From the NCBI GenBank assembly GCA_964589775.1, contig CAZPUN010000001.1, positions 1 through 30,917 on the forward strand: DNA of 30,917 nucleotides. Direction: 5' to 3'. The notes under the pieces were generated by a model. The model worked only from the letters and a program-made list of their open reading frames with translations. It did not search any database and had not been told where the DNA came from. The stretch is from an uncultured archaeon. GTDB lineage: Archaea; Asgardarchaeota; Thorarchaeia; Thorarchaeales; CAZPUN01. Numbering within the stretch: position 1 is the stretch's first letter; each line of letters opens with the position of its first letter. This document shows positions 26,997-30,917 of this stretch, one piece after another. Position numbers and translations under genes: made by a program.

Positions 26997-27290
26997 TCAC
27001 CTTTGAAAAAAGGTGAAAACCGTGTGCTAGGGATACCACCCGCAAACACCACCCGCATATTTTTTCCAAGACAAGTCAGGAAAATTTTCCCGTGCGCTAG
27101 GGGAGAATGCCGGCACGCCCAAAATGAGAGGGCACGACAGTCCCACCGTTTTATACAAATCAAATTGCATCCCATTTTCGACCCACAATAAAAGGCCGGC
27201 GGGACCGTCTAGTGCCGGATATTTTTCCCGACATGTCATGGCATATGAGTGCCCTGCAAGTGCGACCCATTTTACTCACAGGACATGTTA
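26997..27290 (-). ncRNA. Candidate structured 5' leader or ncRNA upstream of the GH3 gene
   Basis: Several stems: 27136-27148/27197-27209 (13 bp, two G-U pairs on the minus strand only), 27149-27154/27188-27193, 27110-27116/27212-27218, 27244-27250/27274-27280 (one minus-strand G-U), 27231-27237/27282-27288, plus an SD-covering hairpin at 26997-27016. Confidence 0.55.
27020..27102. repeat. Short direct repeats and a palindrome in the leader
   Basis: CCGTGYGCTAGGG at 27020-27032 and 27090-27102 (12/13 identical); ACCACCCGCA at 27035-27044 and 27048-27057; perfect palindrome GGAAAATTTTCC at 27079-27090. Confidence 0.8.
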
Positions 27291-27561
27291 CTCTATTACA
27301 TCGAGAAGCAATAAACCCATCGCAAATAATTCAATCTCATAAAGATATTCCTTTTCTTAGTGAAAAAAAGCATAATATGTCAATAAGTACATAATAAGCA
27401 ATTATATCCTCTTTTTTCACTCTTTATTTTAAAATAAATATATAAAATCGAATAATACAGAAATAATACCTCAAAATATTTCGCATTTTCCCTAAAAGAA
27501 GGGATATGAGTGTTTTTCGCTCTGTGGAAAATTCAAATTTTTTTCATGAAGTCGATTGAAA

Positions 27562-29061
27562 TTACTCGTGATTCCAACTACTTGCATTCCATATATCATC
27601 TAGTATCAGAGAATACCGCTCTTGTCGTAAGTTAGACACGGTGTATTTCGCGTGAATACCGGCTCTTGAAAGTTCTCGCAGAACGAAATCAGCGTATGGA
27701 AGGGATTCACCAGTATGGTGTAAGGTTCGGATCATGGAGGCAGTATTTCCGAACCAAGCCTCTGTTGAGATATTTTCGGTGGAGATTAGTGAGAAGACTA
27801 ATTTTGCAGTCTTTTTGTCCGTTTGAAGTAAAAGGGACACAGATTCTGGCAAAGTTCTTAGATAAAAGCGGGGATATATTATGAGAACATTTTTGGATAG
27901 TAATTTTGAAATTCGCATCTCGAGTGTTCTTACGGATATTCCTAATTCCTCTGCAATTTCCTTCTTAAATTTCCAGAAGAGCTTTGGGGTTTGGCTCGAA
28001 GATATTATCTTAGCGTCTATCGGATCAAATTTTTCTGGGTTACTCTTTTTGATTATCACATCAGGTTCTCTAACGAGGATATTTTCATTAAGAACTTTAG
28101 TGAGCTCTTTAATTTTGGAATTTGTAAAAGAAAGAAGACCCTTATTAAGGCGGGAGGGCATAGAGGCGAACCAGATTTCGTGTGTGGGATAAATATCATA
28201 TTCTTCGAACTCGATATCGGTATCTTCCGGAAATAAATACAGATTTATTTTTTTAGTACTGCCATCAGAAATAAGGCAATTTTTCCCATTTATGTCTTGT
28301 AGAGATATTGTAGGGATGAACCCTAATTTGTAATAGTTTACAAGTATTCCACGCGTGACAACAATTTCATCGATGATCGTTTTTATATTGTTGGCGGTAT
28401 TTTTGCCATGTCCATATATTGGCATTATGTCGTTAATTGACAAACCATTTGGGCTAGGATGTTTAAATGCGAATTCAAGAACCTTTTTGATTTTATCGTC
28501 CAGATAGATATTTTCACTTGCATATTTGTAAAGCGTATAGAGTATTTGGATTAAGAATATCTCATTGTATTTTATTGCACTATCCAGATTCGCTAAAGCG
28601 CGAATATCATTAAGCCATTCAAAAGAATCTCGGGATACACGATAAGTAAGCAAGTCTATAGCTGCAAGTTCATAGAATAATGGCATACCACACAGCAAAA
28701 AATCCTTCCAGTGTCTGAGAACCCGAACTACTTCATCATATGGCATCCCGGTGAATTTTTGCGCGATATAGCGAGAAATTTGCCTTTCCAAATTTTCCGG
28801 AATCTCGTGTGGTAAAAAGGCCTGAATTACATGTAAGAGGTCTGCAGTTTCCAGATCTATTGTTTGCATCAGGTTTAATCCGAAGCGTTCCATAATTTCA
28901 GTAAAGTATACTTTCGCCTCTTTTTCAAATTCCTCGATTAATCCAAGTTTATCAAATGAACAAACAGGCTGGCCTATGTATTTTTCATATATCTTTATTA
29001 GATTCGTAAAATCCGTTCCAAATTCAGTCTTGTACTTGATAGGATCTTCCTCTATGAACAT
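27562..29061 (-). CDS. Large winged-helix / AsnC-Lrp-like putative transcription regulator
   Basis: FDPIDAKII...KEIAEELGISVRTLEMRISKLLSKNVL is an Lrp/AsnC-type HTH; a weaker HTH-like segment lies mid-protein, followed by VNYYKLGF. Confidence 0.65.
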   Translation of the reverse strand: MFIEEDPIKYKTEFGTDFTNLIKIYEKYIGQPVCSFDKLGLIEEFEKEAKVYFTEIMERFGLNLMQTIDLETADLLHVIQAFLPHEIPENLERQISRYIAQKFTGMPYDEVVRVLRHWKDFLLCGMPLFYELAAIDLLTYRVSRDSFEWLNDIRALANLDSAIKYNEIFLIQILYTLYKYASENIYLDDKIKKVLEFAFKHPSPNGLSINDIMPIYGHGKNTANNIKTIIDEIVVTRGILVNYYKLGFIPTISLQDINGKNCLISDGSTKKINLYLFPEDTDIEFEEYDIYPTHEIWFASMPSRLNKGLLSFTNSKIKELTKVLNENILVREPDVIIKKSNPEKFDPIDAKIISSSQTPKLFWKFKKEIAEELGISVRTLEMRISKLLSKNVLIIYPRFYLRTLPESVSLLLQTDKKTAKLVFSLISTENISTEAWFGNTASMIRTLHHTGESLPYADFVLRELSRAGIHAKYTVSNLRQERYSLILDDIWNASSWNHE

Positions 29062-29212
29062 TATGCTCAGCCAATTTGCTTTCTATAATTTTTGTTCTGC
29101 CTATTTTTTAATTCTATTTTAAACTTTCAGAGTCGTTTCGGGCAATACAATTAATGTAATTTAACACTCTCTCCAAATATTATAAAAATTGAATATTAAA
29201 TTTAGTGATTCT

Positions 29213-29235
29213 AAAACAAAAGAAAAAAAGAAGGA
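29213..29235 (-). terminator. Oligo-T archaeal terminator after gdhA
   Basis: T-rich tract on the minus strand about 15-35 nt downstream of the gdhA stop. Confidence 0.55.
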
Positions 29236-29249
29236 ATCTGAAGTTCCTT

Positions 29250-30803
<1,554 letters not shown>

Positions 30804-30917
30804 TTAGTATCATATTAATATGAAATCAATAAATTTAATTTTTTATAAATATATTTTCTTGATCAAATTCTTTATGCGCTGAAACCATGGTTCGTTTATA
30901 AAAAATTCATCATAAAC

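Noticed and set aside
26998-27069. ORF-track N-terminal extension of GH3 (start 27069)
   Set aside because: It does not resemble GH3, runs through the repeats, and an SD sits at the downstream ATG ATG.
27020-27102. Mini CRISPR array
   Set aside because: Only two 13-nt copies, too short for CRISPR repeats, and no cas genes nearby.
27197-27230. Resemblance of GGGAA...AUCCGGCAC...CGGUCCCGCC to the cobalamin riboswitch core
   Set aside because: The following ACUGU and B12-box elements are absent, and the segment pairs fully within a different long stem; it needs an Rfam scan before any such claim.
26969-27239. Short minus-strand ORFs (68 and 70 aa) as leader or RiPP precursor peptides
   Set aside because: No clear SD or recognisable motif, and they overlap each other; the region is better explained by RNA structure.
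1134-27290. Integrated conjugative element or provirus
   Set aside because: No integrase, relaxase, capsid gene, att repeats or tRNA target seen in the window; mobility cannot be fully excluded.
27340-27560. AT-rich stretch as a replication origin
   Set aside because: No ORB-like repeats or adjacent orc1/cdc6; consistent with ordinary terminator and promoter DNA.

Overview
Archaeal DNA (GGAGG/GGTGA Shine-Dalgarno sites, TATA/BRE-like promoters, archaeal-type RadA, Hel308, XPD and FEN1 homologues). An Asgard-like lineage is my inference from gene content, not something the sequence proves. Every credible gene is on the minus strand. The core is a 24.2-kb run of 17 translationally coupled genes (25372->1134). 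It interleaves a second, divergent recombination toolkit (full-length RadA paralog, two RadB-like paralogs, XPD/Rad3 Fe-S helicase, Hel308-like helicase with a SWIM Zn-finger insertion, FEN1/XPG-family nuclease) with membrane and surface genes (membrane-anchored HerA/VirB4-like ATPase with degenerate motifs, a 2599-aa surface protein with prenyltransferase-like repeats and about 17 Ig-like repeats, an M50-like protein lacking HExxH, other TM proteins). This looks like a candidate undescribed cell-contact, DNA-transfer and recombination system. Just upstream, apparently co-transcribed, is a GH3-family acyl-adenylate ligase, preceded by a ~295-nt GC-rich leader that folds on the minus strand and ends in a hairpin covering the Shine-Dalgarno site. 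Flanking genes are a truncated archaeal STAND/AAA ATPase (left, missed by the ORF track), an AsnC-like winged-helix protein and NADP-glutamate dehydrogenase (right). No rRNA, tRNA, CRISPR array, integrase or transposase was seen. All family assignments come from motif reading by eye, not database searches.
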